64,000 nucleotides of DNA. Origin: Eledone cirrhosa. Taxonomy: Eukaryota. Below the pieces are notes generated by a model that saw only the letters and a program-made list of their open reading frames with translations, ran no database searches and was not told the DNA's origin. Positions 13,349 to 28,033 of the stretch are shown here, one piece after another. The translations under genes were made by a program, and so were the position numbers. Where the stretch lies: positions 299,708,001 to 299,772,000 of the forward strand of contig OZ024743.1 of assembly GCA_964016885.1 (NCBI GenBank). Direction: 5' to 3'. Within the stretch, counting starts at the first letter, position 1. Every line of letters starts with the position of its first letter.

Positions 13349-13898
13349 ATGTGCAATAAGAGCAAAATATAACGACATTGCTCAATTATTTTATCTAATG
13401 TTGTAATAACACAAGGAAATGTTGTTTGTGTATTTTTTTTTATATTTGCTCATAGGCTTTTACAATTTCGCTCAGCCAACAACTATTAAAAAGTGAGTTG
13501 CTTAAGATAACAATTTAATCACAAATTGTTGCTATCTTTTAATACACTCCAACAAGTCATCAAATTATGTACAATAAAAACAAATCTTATTAATTTGCTC
13601 AGGGAATATAAAGAAAATGTATATACACTGATAATTGCAATTGTATGTAAATATTTTGTTTTTGTATTGTATATTTTATGTTTTCTATTATGTATAATAT
13701 ATTGATTTAATATTGATTGTTTTTTGTAGTTGTTTATATTAAAAGTCTGAAAATATTTTTATACATCTTACACTAATATTTATAAGATAATTTATAATAA
13801 CAATTACATAATCTAATTACATTACAACGATAATTTATTATTAATATATATCCTGTTTAACTAGAGTTATTACAAGCGTTGCCTTAAAAAAATATTAA

Positions 13899-14854
13899 AC
13901 TAGACATGAAAAATGCGCAAGCTCAAAAGTGCCACAGAATGTTATAATAAACCTTCAAAAGTGTGGGACTAGAGTTGTTGCTAAAAAATATTGTAATCAT
14001 TATATATCGTACATTCTGTGGCATCCTTTATAAAAATAGCTTAAACCGACGAAGCCTTTATTTTTACGCTATTTCACTTAGTTAATTCTTAGAGTGTAAC
14101 ATATAAAAATAAATACATCTATGTTTAATGTAATAACAGCTATAAATAATTACGTAATATTATTATCATATACTCATAGTAACAAAATAATTGTGTTGAA
14201 ACTTAATATGATGCTTATATGAACGATCAAATCTATAATGATAATTTCTTAAATATACTAATAGTAAAATAATTTAGTTATCTATTGATACATTTTCATA
14301 GAACTATAATATTAACAATCGTATTGCATTATCAAATTTTTATCACTACAAACTTTCATATTGGAATTACCTTAAGCCACTTATTATTACTTCGCTTTCG
14401 TACTTTTACAGCTGTAGATATTGCGCTGTATCTTATATCTAATATCAATATCTCGTGGTAATTTGCATGAAGTGTAAAATAGGTTTATTAATAACTTTAA
14501 TATGAAATGTATTATACAGGGCTGCGGAGTCGGCCAAAAATTGACTGGCTCCAACTCAGGATCCGATACTCCATTATTTCCTAAATTTCAGCTCCGCAGC
14601 TCTGTTATTATATTAATTAATTTATTTTATAGTTGTAAATCATATTTTTATATGTTACACTCTAAGAATTAACTAAGTGAAATAGCGTAAAAATAAAGGC
14701 TTCGTTGGTTTAAGCTATTTTTATAAAGGATGCCACAGAATGTACGATATATAATGATTACAATATTTTTTAGCAACAACTCTAGTCCCACACTTTTGAA
14801 GGTTTATTATAACATTCTGTGGCACTTTTGAGCTTGCGCATTTTTCATGTCTAG

Positions 14855-14855
<1 letters not shown>
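13899..14855. repeat. Long inverted repeat (~212-bp arms, ~530-bp spacer), fold-back element
   Basis: 13899-14111 is the near-perfect reverse complement of 14644-14855. Outer ends are ACTAG/CTAGT and the right end abuts (TA)n. Confidence 0.85.
14517..14604. mobile_element. 88-bp hAT-type MITE
   Basis: TIRs CAGGGCTGCGGAG / CTCCGCAGCTCTG; 8-bp TSD GTATTATA/TTATTATA (7/8 match). Confidence 0.7.
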
Positions 14856-14885
<30 letters not shown>

Positions 14886-16427
14886 ATGTGTGTGTGTGTG
14901 TGTTTATATATATATATATATATATGAATCTGTAATAATCAAGAAAGACGGTTCTATTCGTACATCCCTATTTTATTCGTTATACGTATTTCGATGATGT
15001 AAAGCAGTTACATAGTAACTGCTCTATATGTTCTCTTCAAGCAAATATACAAACGAGATGTAAAATTCCATTAATATGTTACCGGTCGGACGTGGTTTTC
15101 ACTTCACCGAACACGTCCGACAGGTAACCTGTCAATGGAATTTCAAATCTCGTTCGTATATTTGTGTGAAGAGAACGCAGAGGGAAGTTATTATATAACT
15201 GCCTTACGTCCTCGAAATAATTATAACAAATAAAATAGGATATAAGTATGTTTACGTACATACATATATGTATACAGACGCACAGTAGTATGTATATATA
15301 TACATATATACATACATGCACACACATATACATGTACGTATGGATTCACCGAACATTTATTATAATGCTCGGTGCGTTTGTAAACAAACATCCCGAATTA
15401 AGCCGTACAGTGTCTAGCAACCATCGTTGCTCATTTGTTCAACACTGACAAAGGAACGCTGTAATAGTTTCAAGCTTATTAGCTATCGTCAGCAACGTAT
15501 AAATAAAATAGTGATTTACGAATAAAAACGTACTTCCTGTTTATTGTAATAAAACTCCGGATGAATAAAAATCGTGGAATCGTCTTTTAAGAAAAGGTCG
15601 ACATATTTTTAATCAACCAACTTTCTTCAATTGATTATATAAATATATATAAATTCACAGTACATGTACATAAACCTATCTAACTATGTATCGATTTATT
15701 TATGTCTCTCTCGTTTTCTCTTTATATATGCAGCCCAAAACACGTTGGATACATGGTATTGCAGTTCTATCATGGTAACACACACATGACTTGCATATGC
15801 ATAATGTATCTCGTGGTGTAAATTCCGGTTACCCCAGAAACCTATCATAGATTTTTATCGATTTCTAAGGATTCTAATCGACTCGAGATTATCCATTTTA
15901 GTCTTCAATCTATTTGTATTTATCGTTGTTTTGGTATACGTGTGGCCACTGTTTTTGGTCACGTTTCTTGGTGTCACACTTTGTTACCTTTGTGTTTTCT
16001 CTGGATGATATTAACTTCTCGTTCCATTGAGTATTTTGTGACCGCTTCAAATAATTCGATTATTATCGGCTATATTGCGGTTAAAACTTCGATTCATACA
16101 CAATATCATTATCCTCCTAAATTTGTGTATCCAATTGATAACGTGTTAGTTATTTTTTGTTTATGATTGCTAATTGAGAGCTTTTATTTGAGGCTGTGAA
16201 AATCTCTTTGTACATGACCTAAATATAACCGCCAATATTTCGGCCAGTTTCCTCTTCCTCTTCTGGGAAAGGTCACGCGATGACACAGTACATTTACGAC
16301 TAAGATACATGGAACAAAGCATGCCGACGAAGGGAACTCCAGTTCGTCGTGGTAATGCACACATTTCTTTCATGTGCATTATGCAAATCGTGGTGAAGCG
16401 TCAAGGGGTCCCAGAAAGCTATCATTG

Positions 16428-16614
16428 CAGTGGATTGGCAGTATCGGTAGAGGGTCGGATGCCATGCTTTCCAGCATAGTTACGTCCCTTTGCGGTCTGA
16501 GTTCAAACCCCGCCAAGGTTAACTTTGCCTTTTATCCTTACGGGGTCGATAAAATAAAGTACCAGGAATGTACGGAGTATTTTGATGGCCTTGTGCCAAA
16601 AGTAGAAACAATTA
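16428..16614 (+). mobile_element. tRNA-derived SINE (Meta-domain-like)
   Basis: Closely similar to 35765-35958: A/B-box-like motifs and TCCTTACGGGGTCGATAAAATAAAGTACCAG. Confidence 0.8.
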
Positions 16615-17040
16615 TATATATATATATTAGTTACTATGCTTGTTTGTAGAGATTTTAATCCTAAGGCCGAACTTGAATGAGTTAATTACGTGTTTAACAT
16701 ACTTATCAAACCGATTGTCATTTACGCAGCAAGAGAGGCTGCATTACCATTCTTTGCGTAAAGATCTGAGTCTACTAATTTGAGTTTGCTTCTGAGTGTA
16801 CGATTGTATACAAATATCAGACACTTATACAGATACGCTTTCTCGTCTATTTATATTGACATTAAGTGGATTTTTCTTGTTTTTTCTCTATTACATTCAG
16901 TGGGGCGTTCAGATATTCGTACGTGTATGGTCCTATGGACACCTTTGAAATGTCAGTGTTTTTTATGAGTACCTCTATCTTTGTGAGAATATTTATCAAC
17001 AAACACACATACATAAAATCAAACGCACATACACATACAA

Positions 17041-17671
<631 letters not shown>

Positions 17672-17966
17672 TAAAAACAAATAACGAAACGAAATTAAAT
17701 TTCGTTTCGTTTGTAACTCACTTTTGTATGACTGACGCTTAAACAATTAAGTTAAAGATGTACATCCATATATGTATACTGAAATACTAGTATGTATATG
17801 AATACACACACGTATACATATGTAGGTGTACCAAGTTTTTTCACTGGTCACTTTACTGTGAGTGGCCAGCTATTCTGTATGTAAACACACAGACAAACCG
17901 GTTTTTAGAGTCATACTGGTTTTTGAGGAAACACCTCTCCTCTATTCTCCAGAAAGCCAGACAAGG

Positions 17967-18011
17967 AATATTGAACTAGTTTCGTTGTTGTTACAACTCA
18001 TCAGCAATATT
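17967..18011 (-). ncRNA. Minimal type I HHR (also at 18434, 18901, 19368 [stem III variant], 19835)
   Basis: AATATTG-CTGATGA-GTTGT aaca ACAAC-GAAAC-TA-GTT-CAATATT. Confidence 0.88.
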
Positions 18012-20342
18012 TACCCATCTTCCGGCCTCTCTAGAGAATCGTAAAAGCACATATCGTTATATGCTTTTTCTATGAAAATTAGTAGTGGGCAGACTAATTT
18101 GCATAGAGTGTGAGTAAGTACCGGTTCAACGGAGACGATAAAAACAAATAACGAAACGAAATTAAATTTCGTTTCGTTTGTAACTCACTTTTGTATGACT
18201 GACGCTTAAACAATTAAGTTAAAGATGTACATCCATATATGTATACTGAAATACTAGTATGTATATGAATACACACACGTATACATATGTAGGTGTACCA
18301 AGTTTTTTCACTGGTCACTTTACTGTGAGTGGCCAGCTATTCTGTATGTAAACACACAGACAAACCGGTTTTTAGAGTCATACTGGTTTTTGAGGAAACA
18401 CCTCTCCTCTATTCTCCAGAAAGCCAGACAAGGAATATTGAACTAGTTTCGTTGTTGTTACAACTCATCAGCAATATTTACCCATCTTCCGGCCTCTCTA
18501 GAGAATCGTAAAAGCACATATCGTTATATGCTTTTTCTATGAAAATTAGTAGTGGGCAGACTAATTTGCATAGAGTGTGAGTAAGTACCGGTTCAACGGA
18601 GACGATAAAAACAAATAACGAAACGAAATTAAATTTCGTTTCGTTTGTAACTCACTTTTGTATGACTGACGCTTAAACAATTAAGTTAAAGATGTACATC
18701 CATATATGTATACTGAAATACTAGTATGTATATGAATACACACACGTATACATATGTAGGTGTACCAAGTTTTTTCACTGGTCACTTTACTGTGAGTGGC
18801 CAGCTATTCTGTATGTAAACACACAGACAAACCGGTTTTTAGAGTCATACTGGTTTTTGAGGAAACACCTCTCCTCTATTCTCCAGAAAGCCAGACAAGG
18901 AATATTGAACTAGTTTCGTTGTTGTTACAACTCATCAGCAATATTTACCCATCTTCCGGCCTCTCTAGAGAATCGTAAAAGCACATATCGTTATATGCTT
19001 TTTCTATGAAAATTAGTAGTGGGCAGACTAATTTGCATAGAGTGTGAGTAAGTACCGGTTCAACGGAGACGATAAAAACAAATAACGAAACGAAATTAAA
19101 TTTCGTTTCGTTTGTAACTCACTTTTGTATGACTGACGCTTAAACAATTAAGTTAAAGATGTACATCCATATATGTATACTGAAATACTAGTATGTATAT
19201 GAATACACACACGTATACATATGTAGGTGTACCAAGTTTTTTCACTGGTCACTTTACTGTGAGTGGCCAGCTATTCTGTATGTAAACACACAGACAAACC
19301 GGTTTTTAGAGTCATACTGGTTTTTGAGGAAACACCTCTCCTCTATTCTCCAGAAAGCCAGACAAGGAATATTGAACTATTTTCGTTGTTGTTACAACTC
19401 ATCAGCAATATTTACCCATCTTCCGGCCTCTCTAGAGAATCGTAAAAGCACATATCGTTATATGCTTTTTCTATGAAAATTAGTAGTGGGCAGACTAATT
19501 TGCATAGAGTGTGAGTAAGTACCGGTTCAACGGAGACGATAAAAACAAATAACGAAACGAAATTAAATTTCGTTTCGTTTGTAACTCACTTTTGTATGAC
19601 TGACGCTTAAACAATTAAGTTAAAGATGTACATCCATATATGTATACTGAAATACTAGTATGTATATGAATACACACACGTATACATATGTAGGTGTACC
19701 AAGTTTTTTCACTGGTCACTTTACTGTGAGTGGCCAGCTATTCTGTATGTAAACACACAGACAAACCGGTTTTTAGAGTCATACTGGTTTTTGAGGAAAC
19801 ACCTCTCCTCTATTCTCCAGAAAGCCAGACAAGGAATATTGAACTAGTTTCGTTGTTGTTACAACTCATCAGCAATATTTACCCATCTTCCGGCCTCTCT
19901 AGAGAATCGTAAAAGCACATATCGTTATATGCTTTTTCTATGAAAATTAGTAGTGGGCAGACTAATTTGCATAGAGTGTGAGTAAGTACCGGTTCAACGG
20001 AGACGATAAAAACAAATAACGAAACGAAATTAAATTTCGTTTCGTTTGTAACTCACTTTTGTATGACTGACGCTTAAACAATTAAGTTAAAGATGTACAT
20101 CCATATATGTATACTGTATGGATGTACATCTTTAACTTAATTGTTTAAGCGTCAGTCATACAAAAGTGAGTTACAAACGAAACGAAATTTAATTTCGTTT
20201 CGTTATTTGTTTTTATCGTCTCCGTTGAACCGGTACTTACTCACACTCTATGCAAATTAGTCTGCCCACTACTAATTTTCATAGAAAAAGCATATAACGA
20301 TATGTGCTTTTACGATTCTCTAGAGAGGCCGGAAGATGGGTA

Positions 20343-20387
20343 AATATTGCTGATGAGTTGTAACAACAACGAAACTAGTTCAATATT
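20343..20387 (+). ncRNA. Minimal type I HHR (second plus-strand copy at 20810-20854)
   Basis: Same motif on the + strand after the inversion point. Confidence 0.88.
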
Positions 20388-21076
20388 CCTTGTCTGGCTT
20401 TCTGGAGAATAGAGGAGAGGTGTTTCCTCAAAAACCAGTATGACTCTAAAAACCGGTTTGTCTGTGTGTTTACATACAGAATAGCTGGCCACTCACAGTA
20501 AAGTGACCAGTGAAAAAACTTGGTACACCTACATATGTATACGTGTGTGTATTCATATACATACTAGTATTTCAGTATACATATATGGATGTACATCTTT
20601 AACTTAATTGTTTAAGCGTCAGTCATACAAAAGTGAGTTACAAACGAAACGAAATTTAATTTCGTTTCGTTATTTGTTTTTATCGTCTCCGTTGAACCGG
20701 TACTTACTCACACTCTATGCAAATTAGTCTGCCCACTACTAATTTTCATAGAAAAAGCATATAACGATATGTGCTTTTACGATTCTCTAGAGAGGCCGGA
20801 AGATGGGTAAATATTGCTGATGAGTTGTAACAACAACGAAACTAGTTCAATATTCCTTGTCTGGCTTTCTGGAGAATAGAGGAGAGGTGTTTCCTCAAAA
20901 ACCAGTATGACTCTAAAAACCGGTTTGTCTGTGTGTTTACATACAGAATAGCTGGCCACTCACAGTAAAGTGACCAGTGAAAAAACTTGGTACACCTACA
21001 TATGTATACGTGTGTGTATTCATATACATACTAGTATTTCAGTATACATATATGGATGTACATCTTTAACTTAATT

Positions 21077-21211
21077 ATATATATATATATATATTTATAT
21101 ATATTTATATATATATATATATTTATATATATTTATATATATATATTTATATATATATATATTTATATATATTTATATATATATATTTATATATATATTT
21201 TTATATATATA

Positions 21212-21290
<79 letters not shown>

Positions 21291-21312
21291 ATATTATATA
21301 TATATATATATA
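21077..21312. repeat. (TA)n microsatellite
   Basis: Seen directly. Confidence 0.97.
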
Positions 21313-21902
21313 TTCTTACACAAGTACAGAAATTTGATTCTCCTCCCAGTTCTTTTGTTACTTCTTGCTCATAAACTAACTTATTTACTCAACTCTGTTA
21401 AGATATTGTCGACTAACTTCTATGGCAATGACCGCGCTAGAAAACAATTCACACTACGCTGACAGGTGCAAATAAAACACAGTGTAAGAAAGAGGGACAC
21501 TGAGAGGAGATGGGAGAGACCTGAAGGGTGACTGAGTGGAATAGACAAAGAAACAGAGAGTGACAGAAGGAATTGGAAGTAGATAAAATGGTAAAGTCAT
21601 TATCTTCTTTTGACTATCATGTTTCGAAATGTCTTTATAAGTACACTAATGTGGACTATTGAAGGAATGAAATAAAGGAATTATCTCCTCACGTTGCCAC
21701 ACTCTCTTTTTATCTTTCATTCAATTTCTCTGTGTGTGTGTATATATATATAAATAGATATACGCGATATGTTTAATATACATAAGCATATCGCAAATTA
21801 TTTCATATACATATCTAAATCTAAGACGAATTATGCTATGCTATGACTAATGCCAAGACATACGCGAACAGACACACACACACACACACACGCATATATA
21901 CA

Positions 21903-21957
<55 letters not shown>

Positions 21958-21978
21958 TCACACACAAACAAACACACA

Positions 21979-22011
<33 letters not shown>

Positions 22012-22193
22012 CCCCCCCACATATATATATGTGTATGTGTGTGTATGTATGTATATGAAAACATATACGATATGTTTATGGTGTAATATACATATATAAA
22101 TCTCGCTATATTTATAAACAGAAATAACAACACAATCGGTACAGTATATGGAAGGTATATTTTAGGTTAACGCTTGATATAGCAGGAAGATTG

Positions 22194-22229
22194 TCTTAAC
22201 GTTTCGGACGCTAGTCCTTCATCAGAAGA
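22194..22229 (-). ncRNA. Minimal type I HHR in an old PLE 3'-UTR remnant (about 22120-23130)
   Basis: TCTT-CTGATGA-A-GGAC tagc GTCC-GAAAC-GTT-AAGA. The adjacent 22120-22191 recurs at 32710-32779. Confidence 0.75.
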
Positions 22230-22460
22230 AAGAATTATAAATAAAATAGAATGAGGGAACGGGTGGGATGGAATTGGAAAAATATGTCTTTAGATAAAAC
22301 TAAGAGGTCCATTTATGTTGACATCTCTTGCAAAACTGTTGGTGCTGCCGTTTTGTGTATGATTTGTTTTTTTATAAAAGTGGATGATGGGGCGCGTCTA
22401 CCTGAAATGGAAAAAAAAAACCGATTTGTAAAAAGAGCTATACTTGAGCACGTGCGTAAG

Positions 22461-22537
<77 letters not shown>

Positions 22538-23974
22538 GTGTGACTGGGTGTGTGTGTGTGTTATTATAGGTCTGTACGAAGCGAAGAAGAAATGAGTGTG
22601 TTTATGTGAGTACGAAGCTATGAGCAAAAGTATATTAATATAAGGGTGTGTATCGGCATGTATTAGTTGTAAGAGAAGCTGCTAATGATCAAGAGAAAGC
22701 GATATGAATCTAGGGGTGTGATACTGGACGGGGTATTAGAGAAATTGGGGAATTGAGTCCGTCCAAGAAGGGAATAGGACCCAAGACGTACAGGAGAAGG
22801 AATGGCGGATACGGAAAAACCCGTTAGGGTATGTAAGATTGGTGACGGTGGAAATAAAGGGACAAGTGTTGCAGCGGGAACGGGAACAAGGATGAGAGCC
22901 GCGCGGAGTCTTGGGAGAGGACGAAAAGGAACTACGAACCAGGAGGTCGCAGAGGTTGGGGTCGCGCCTAAAAGCAGTAATGGGTGGGTATACCTATGTA
23001 CATGTCGCGAAGTTTCCCTTCGATGACTTTTGCTATGGTGCGAAAACACCAACATTTCGTATCATATGTGATATTCGTCAATTCCGACGTCCATAACCCT
23101 TATAGACGACGCCAATGACAATACAGGGTAAATCAAAGCAATGGTAATGTTTTCTATTCTCTTTGCCTCATGTGACACACTTGTCATTCAAAACTGTTAA
23201 CAATCGTTGGGCTATGGCCAGTCAGCCACTGACAGAAGCTGTCAGTGGCTATATTTCCTTACTCTCACATTCTTTTCACACCCATCATTTACATCAAAGA
23301 TTCTCAACGGGGGGCATATGCGTTTCGGAGCTCCAAGGGGGTGTTTTGGAGCAAGCGGGCGTTAGGGGATCGTTTGATGCTTTGGGGGTGCTACGAGAGC
23401 AGTGGATGGCTATTTACTTAGGTAAGTTTCATAAGCCATATTTGTATGTCTCTGAGACAGCAAGTGTGAATGCATTTGAATGAAGAAAACGAAGAAAATA
23501 AATAAAAGAAGCTTGTCAACGAATTCCCTAGGGATAAAAGAAAAACGAAAGAAATCAAAGAAAATGAAAATAAGGACAACTTCAACTTTGTCATCAGTTA
23601 CAAGAACAACAGAAGCGACAAGAAAAAGAAGCAATGCATACGTACATAGATAAATACATGGTGGCTGCCAACTCGTTTTCGAGTACGGCCAGCACTTTAT
23701 AACCATGTAGGAGAACCCCTACCGATGCGCTGAACAAGTGTGACTTCTTAGTCCAGCCAGTGACTTGAAAACTCTGGTACAAACACTACACTTGTGACAA
23801 TTATTGACACATAGTGCTGGGCCCATGGTACAATGTGACGACAAATGCAAAGAGATCTCCACATATAAAGCAATGCCTGTGCCATGAAGCTTTTATAGTG
23901 AGCAAAGGCACTGCACAAAGCCAGTCCCACTCTCTTACCGAAGATGATATTTACCAAAAAGAAGAACAAGTCAA

Positions 23975-24266
23975 CATCATTGGATACCATCAGGGTTGCA
24001 GGTGTTCTATCAGAGTTTTCCTTCTCCTAGAATTCTGCCTTGACAAAGGCTAAGGGGTCATCTCTCCCGGTGATTTTGGATGGCCATTGACTCTTAAGAG
24101 CTACCTTGTCCTTTGACAGGTTTTGTTTTTAGCCCTTCAGGATGTCCAAAGTCACCCTCCTCACCAAGAAACCTTGGTGGGGTTGCCAGTTTAGTCGCCA
24201 ACGACCCGACCATGAGACAGTTTGTACTGGGATACATGTTACCAGTAGCACCAACTGGTGACCTGA
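23975..24266 (-). mobile_element. Probable RTE-type LINE 5'-UTR fragment
   Basis: GC-richer structured segment starting at (TA)n. It has CTGGCAACCCCAC and TAGGAGAAGGAAAACTCTGA motifs recalled from RTE 5' UTRs. Confidence 0.4.
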
Positions 24267-24497
24267 CATATATATATATATATATACATATATATACATA
24301 CATACATAAATACATATATATACATATACGATCGTAAAATGATGAATTTTGTAGTATAAGGAACTGTTTCTTTGTTTTTATTCATTATTTTTATTAATTT
24401 ATATATACACATATACATATACATACATAAACATATACACACATATATATACATACATAAACATATATATATATATATATATATACAATATATTAAC

Positions 24498-24600
24498 AAA
24501 TGGAAACTATATTTATAAAACCATATTTATTTAATTATACATATTTCAAGCGCCACCAAGGCAAATTATGGTGCGCTTTCATCATATAAAATACAATACA
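24498..24600 (-). mobile_element. PLE pLTR remnant with mutated HHR (ATGATGA...GAAA), related to the PLE-B pLTR
   Basis: AAATGGAAACTATATTTATAAAACCATATTTATTT is identical to about 28764-28798. Stem II AAGCGCACCA/TGGTGGCGCTT. Confidence 0.6.
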
Positions 24601-25451
24601 GATTAGTTTTATAAATAAATATTGATATACCCTGAACAAATGTATATATACATATACATATACATACATACATAAACACATATATATATACATACATACA
24701 TAAATAAATACATACATATGTATATATATATATACATATATACACAAATACACATACATATACATATACATACATACACACATATATACACCTATATACA
24801 TACATATACATACATATATATATATATACATTCATATACATATATATACACATACATATATATACATACATATCCATATATACATATATATACATACACA
24901 TACATATATACATATATATATACATACATATACATACACATATACATATACACACATATACATACATATACATACATGCATAAATATACATATATCATGA
25001 TCATCATTTCATTTTACGTCCACTCCTCCCCGCTTGCAAGGGTAGGACGAGAACTGAGGGGGCACCCAGCACTCACTGTAGATGTGGTTGGTGTTGGGAG
25101 GGGCGTCCGGCTGTAGAAGTCAAACCAGAACATAAATACATACATACATACATACATACATATACATATATACACACACAGGCCGGCGTTGGTGTTTGAT
25201 GAGGTTGAGAACCTGGTCAGCTTTCAGCCAGTGCTGTGGTATTTAATCCCCCTAGGTAATAAAATCTTGAGGCAAAATGTTCTCCTTACCAAAATAAAAA
25301 CCATAAATCATGTCAACTTCCTCACACACTTAAATATAAATGCATGTATATATATATATATATATACAAATGTATAAATGCATATCTATATACATAGGCA
25401 AATGTATGTATGTATACATGTACGTATGTAGATTTATATATAAATATATAT

Positions 25452-25528
<77 letters not shown>

Positions 25529-25647
25529 GTTTTTCAGTCAGGTCTACCTCTGGATAGAACTTAATGTAATCTTGTAAAATCCATAGAAAAGTTCTGTGTT
25601 TCGATGAATTAATTCTTTAGAAAGATACAGAGTCAGATATTAGGTAT

Positions 25648-26440
25648 CATCATTATCAGGTCGAGCTTGCTCGGCTTTCTACGACACGTTTCCTCCATCC
25701 ATCTCTGTCTCTCATAGCGTTTGCAGTTCTTCCGCAGTGCATCCAGTATATTCCTCAAGTTCCTTGACGTATGTCATCTTGGGACGACCAGCGTTTCTTG
25801 CTTCATGAGATGAACTCCATAACAACACATCACCTGCTATTTCCTCCTTGCTGCGCCAACAGTGGTCAGCAAATCTGAGTCTCTGTCCACGTATTGGCCT
25901 GCTGATAGGTGGTATGTTTCCATAGAGATCCTTATTTGTTGAGTGTTCCCTCCAAGACACGTTTAAAGCAGTACGGAGCATACGTGTGTATGCCCCGTCT
26001 AGCTTTTTCTCCAGTTTCGACGTTAGCGTCCAAGTGATAGAACCATAAACAAGCATAGATTCCACAGCAGCTCTGAAGAAATTCCTTTTCAGTTTGGCTG
26101 GCAGGTTTGATTTCCATATTTTTCCCATTGCATTCAATGCTCCCCAGGCTTTTCCCAGTCTGATGTTAACATCATGTTCTGTGGAGGCCATATAGCTACC
26201 CAGGTATTTGAAGTCGTCAACTTGCTTGATTATATCGCCGTTTAGACTTCGCATACCAACTGAGGAGTCTTGGTTCAGGCAAATATATTCTGTTTTGCCT
26301 GCGTTGACATAGAGTCCGATTTCCTTTGCAACTGATTCGATGCTGTGAAGTAGTGATGTTGCATCCTTAAGGTAGTCAGCGAGGACGGCTAAATCATCCG
26401 CATAGTCTGCATCGGTGATTTACTGAGCTGCATGGCGTCT
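25648..26440 (-). pseudogene. RTE-clade LINE 3' fragment (RT C-terminal part)
   Basis: [48 protein letters not shown]; (TGA)n-like tail; in-frame stop. Confidence 0.85.
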
Positions 26441-26618
26441 ATAGGTATTAGGTGTTAAATTAACAATAAAAATAAAAACAGCAAAATAAAAAAACAGTTA
26501 TGAAGTAACTTGACTTTGTTGTTTTTATTTTCATTGTTAATTTTTATAACACACACACACACACACACATACACCCATGCACCCACATACACGCACACAC
26601 ATACACATACACACACAT

Positions 26619-26667
<49 letters not shown>

Positions 26668-26668
<1 letters not shown>

Positions 26669-26858
26669 GCAGTGTGACAAGGAGCTTGCTTCCCAACCAT
26701 ATGTTTCCGGATTCAGTCCCACTCCCCGGGCCGACCAAAGCCCTGTGAGTGGATTTGATAGACCGAAACTAAATAAGCGCGTCGTACATATGTATATATG
26801 TCTGTGTGTCTTTGCGTTTGTGTTTGCGCTCCCACCAATGCTTGTTGGTTTGTTGACG
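26668..26858 (+). mobile_element. Second tRNA-derived SINE family, deleted copy
   Basis: GCTTGCTTCCCAACCA..TTCAGTCCCACT..GGGCCGACCAAAGCC.TGTGAGTGGATTTG. Confidence 0.55.
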
Positions 26859-26859
26859 T

Positions 26860-26929
<70 letters not shown>

Positions 26930-27034
26930 AGAGGGAACTCAAACTGAAGGACATAAAAGGGCCATTACGTCCTGGAGGTGAGGCACAGTGGGTCAAACGT
27001 GGTGGTGGATGATGATTTTCACCAGTTATAATCA

Positions 27035-27243
27035 GTTTTACTATAGGCACAAGGCATCACATTTAGGGTTTAGGGTCCCGTCGATTACATCGATCCGAGT
27101 TCACAACTGGTGCTTAATTTATCGACCGCAAATGGATGAAAGGCAAAGTTGAAACCGGCGGAATTTGAACTCGGAACGTAAAAACGGAAGAATTACCGCT
27201 AAGCATTTCGCCAGTTGTGCTAACGTTTCCACCAGATCACCGC
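27035..27243 (-). mobile_element. tRNA-derived SINE (Meta-domain-like)
   Basis: Reverse complement has GAGTTCAAATTCCGCC..TTTGCCTTTCATCC..GGTCGATAAATTAAGCACCAG. Confidence 0.75.
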
Positions 27244-27411
27244 GTTATTTACACCTGTTATAATGGAATCTGAAATATTTGTTCTACCACGGGCCATAGA
27301 AAAGTAGCTCGCGGGCCGCATGTTTGAGCCCCCTGTTGGAGAGATAGATAGATAGACGTGTACCAAACACACAAATGTCGCACTCTCTTTGTCTCTCCAT
27401 CCCCCTCTCTA

Positions 27412-27481
<70 letters not shown>

Positions 27482-27534
27482 AACACACACACACACACAC
27501 ATATATATATCTATATACACACACACACACACAC

Positions 27535-27570
<36 letters not shown>

Positions 27571-27581
27571 TACACACATAC

Positions 27582-27725
<144 letters not shown>

Positions 27726-27734
27726 ATATATATT

Positions 27735-27923
27735 TAGGAACCAGTAATACCCCGACAGCTGAGCTCAAGCCGTTTCGACGGGTAATTCTGAATTAGCCGT
27801 CGAAACGGCTTGAGCTCAGCTGTCGGGGTATTACTGGTTCCTATTACCCACTCTACTACCTCAAGTATTGAGTACTTTGGTGCGTTATGGTCCACCTGGT
27901 TCCTTACCACATTTCCTTCGTTA
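27735..27923. mobile_element. Fold-back insertion in (TA)n (hairpin 27735-27843), PLE pLTR-like
   Basis: Near-perfect palindrome; homologous to 39042-39259. Confidence 0.75.
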
Positions 27924-27933
27924 TATATATATT

Positions 27934-28033
<100 letters not shown>

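Larger units (their letters stand above)
17672..21076. mobile_element. 467-bp tandem array with one type I hammerhead per unit (non-LTR retrozyme-like); about 5.2 units on minus plus about 2 units on plus, inverted at ~20111
   Basis: Period 467 (ORF repeats at 17862, 18329, 18796, 19263, 19730; inverted at 20310 and 20777). Units are nearly identical and both ends lie in (TA)n. Confidence 0.9.

Noticed and set aside
17862-20959. Seven copies of a 60-aa ORF
   Set aside because: GTG start, antisense to the ribozyme strand, and a by-product of the 467-bp repeat.
27062-27075. TTTAGGG x2 telomere-like motif
   Set aside because: Only two copies, inside a SINE.
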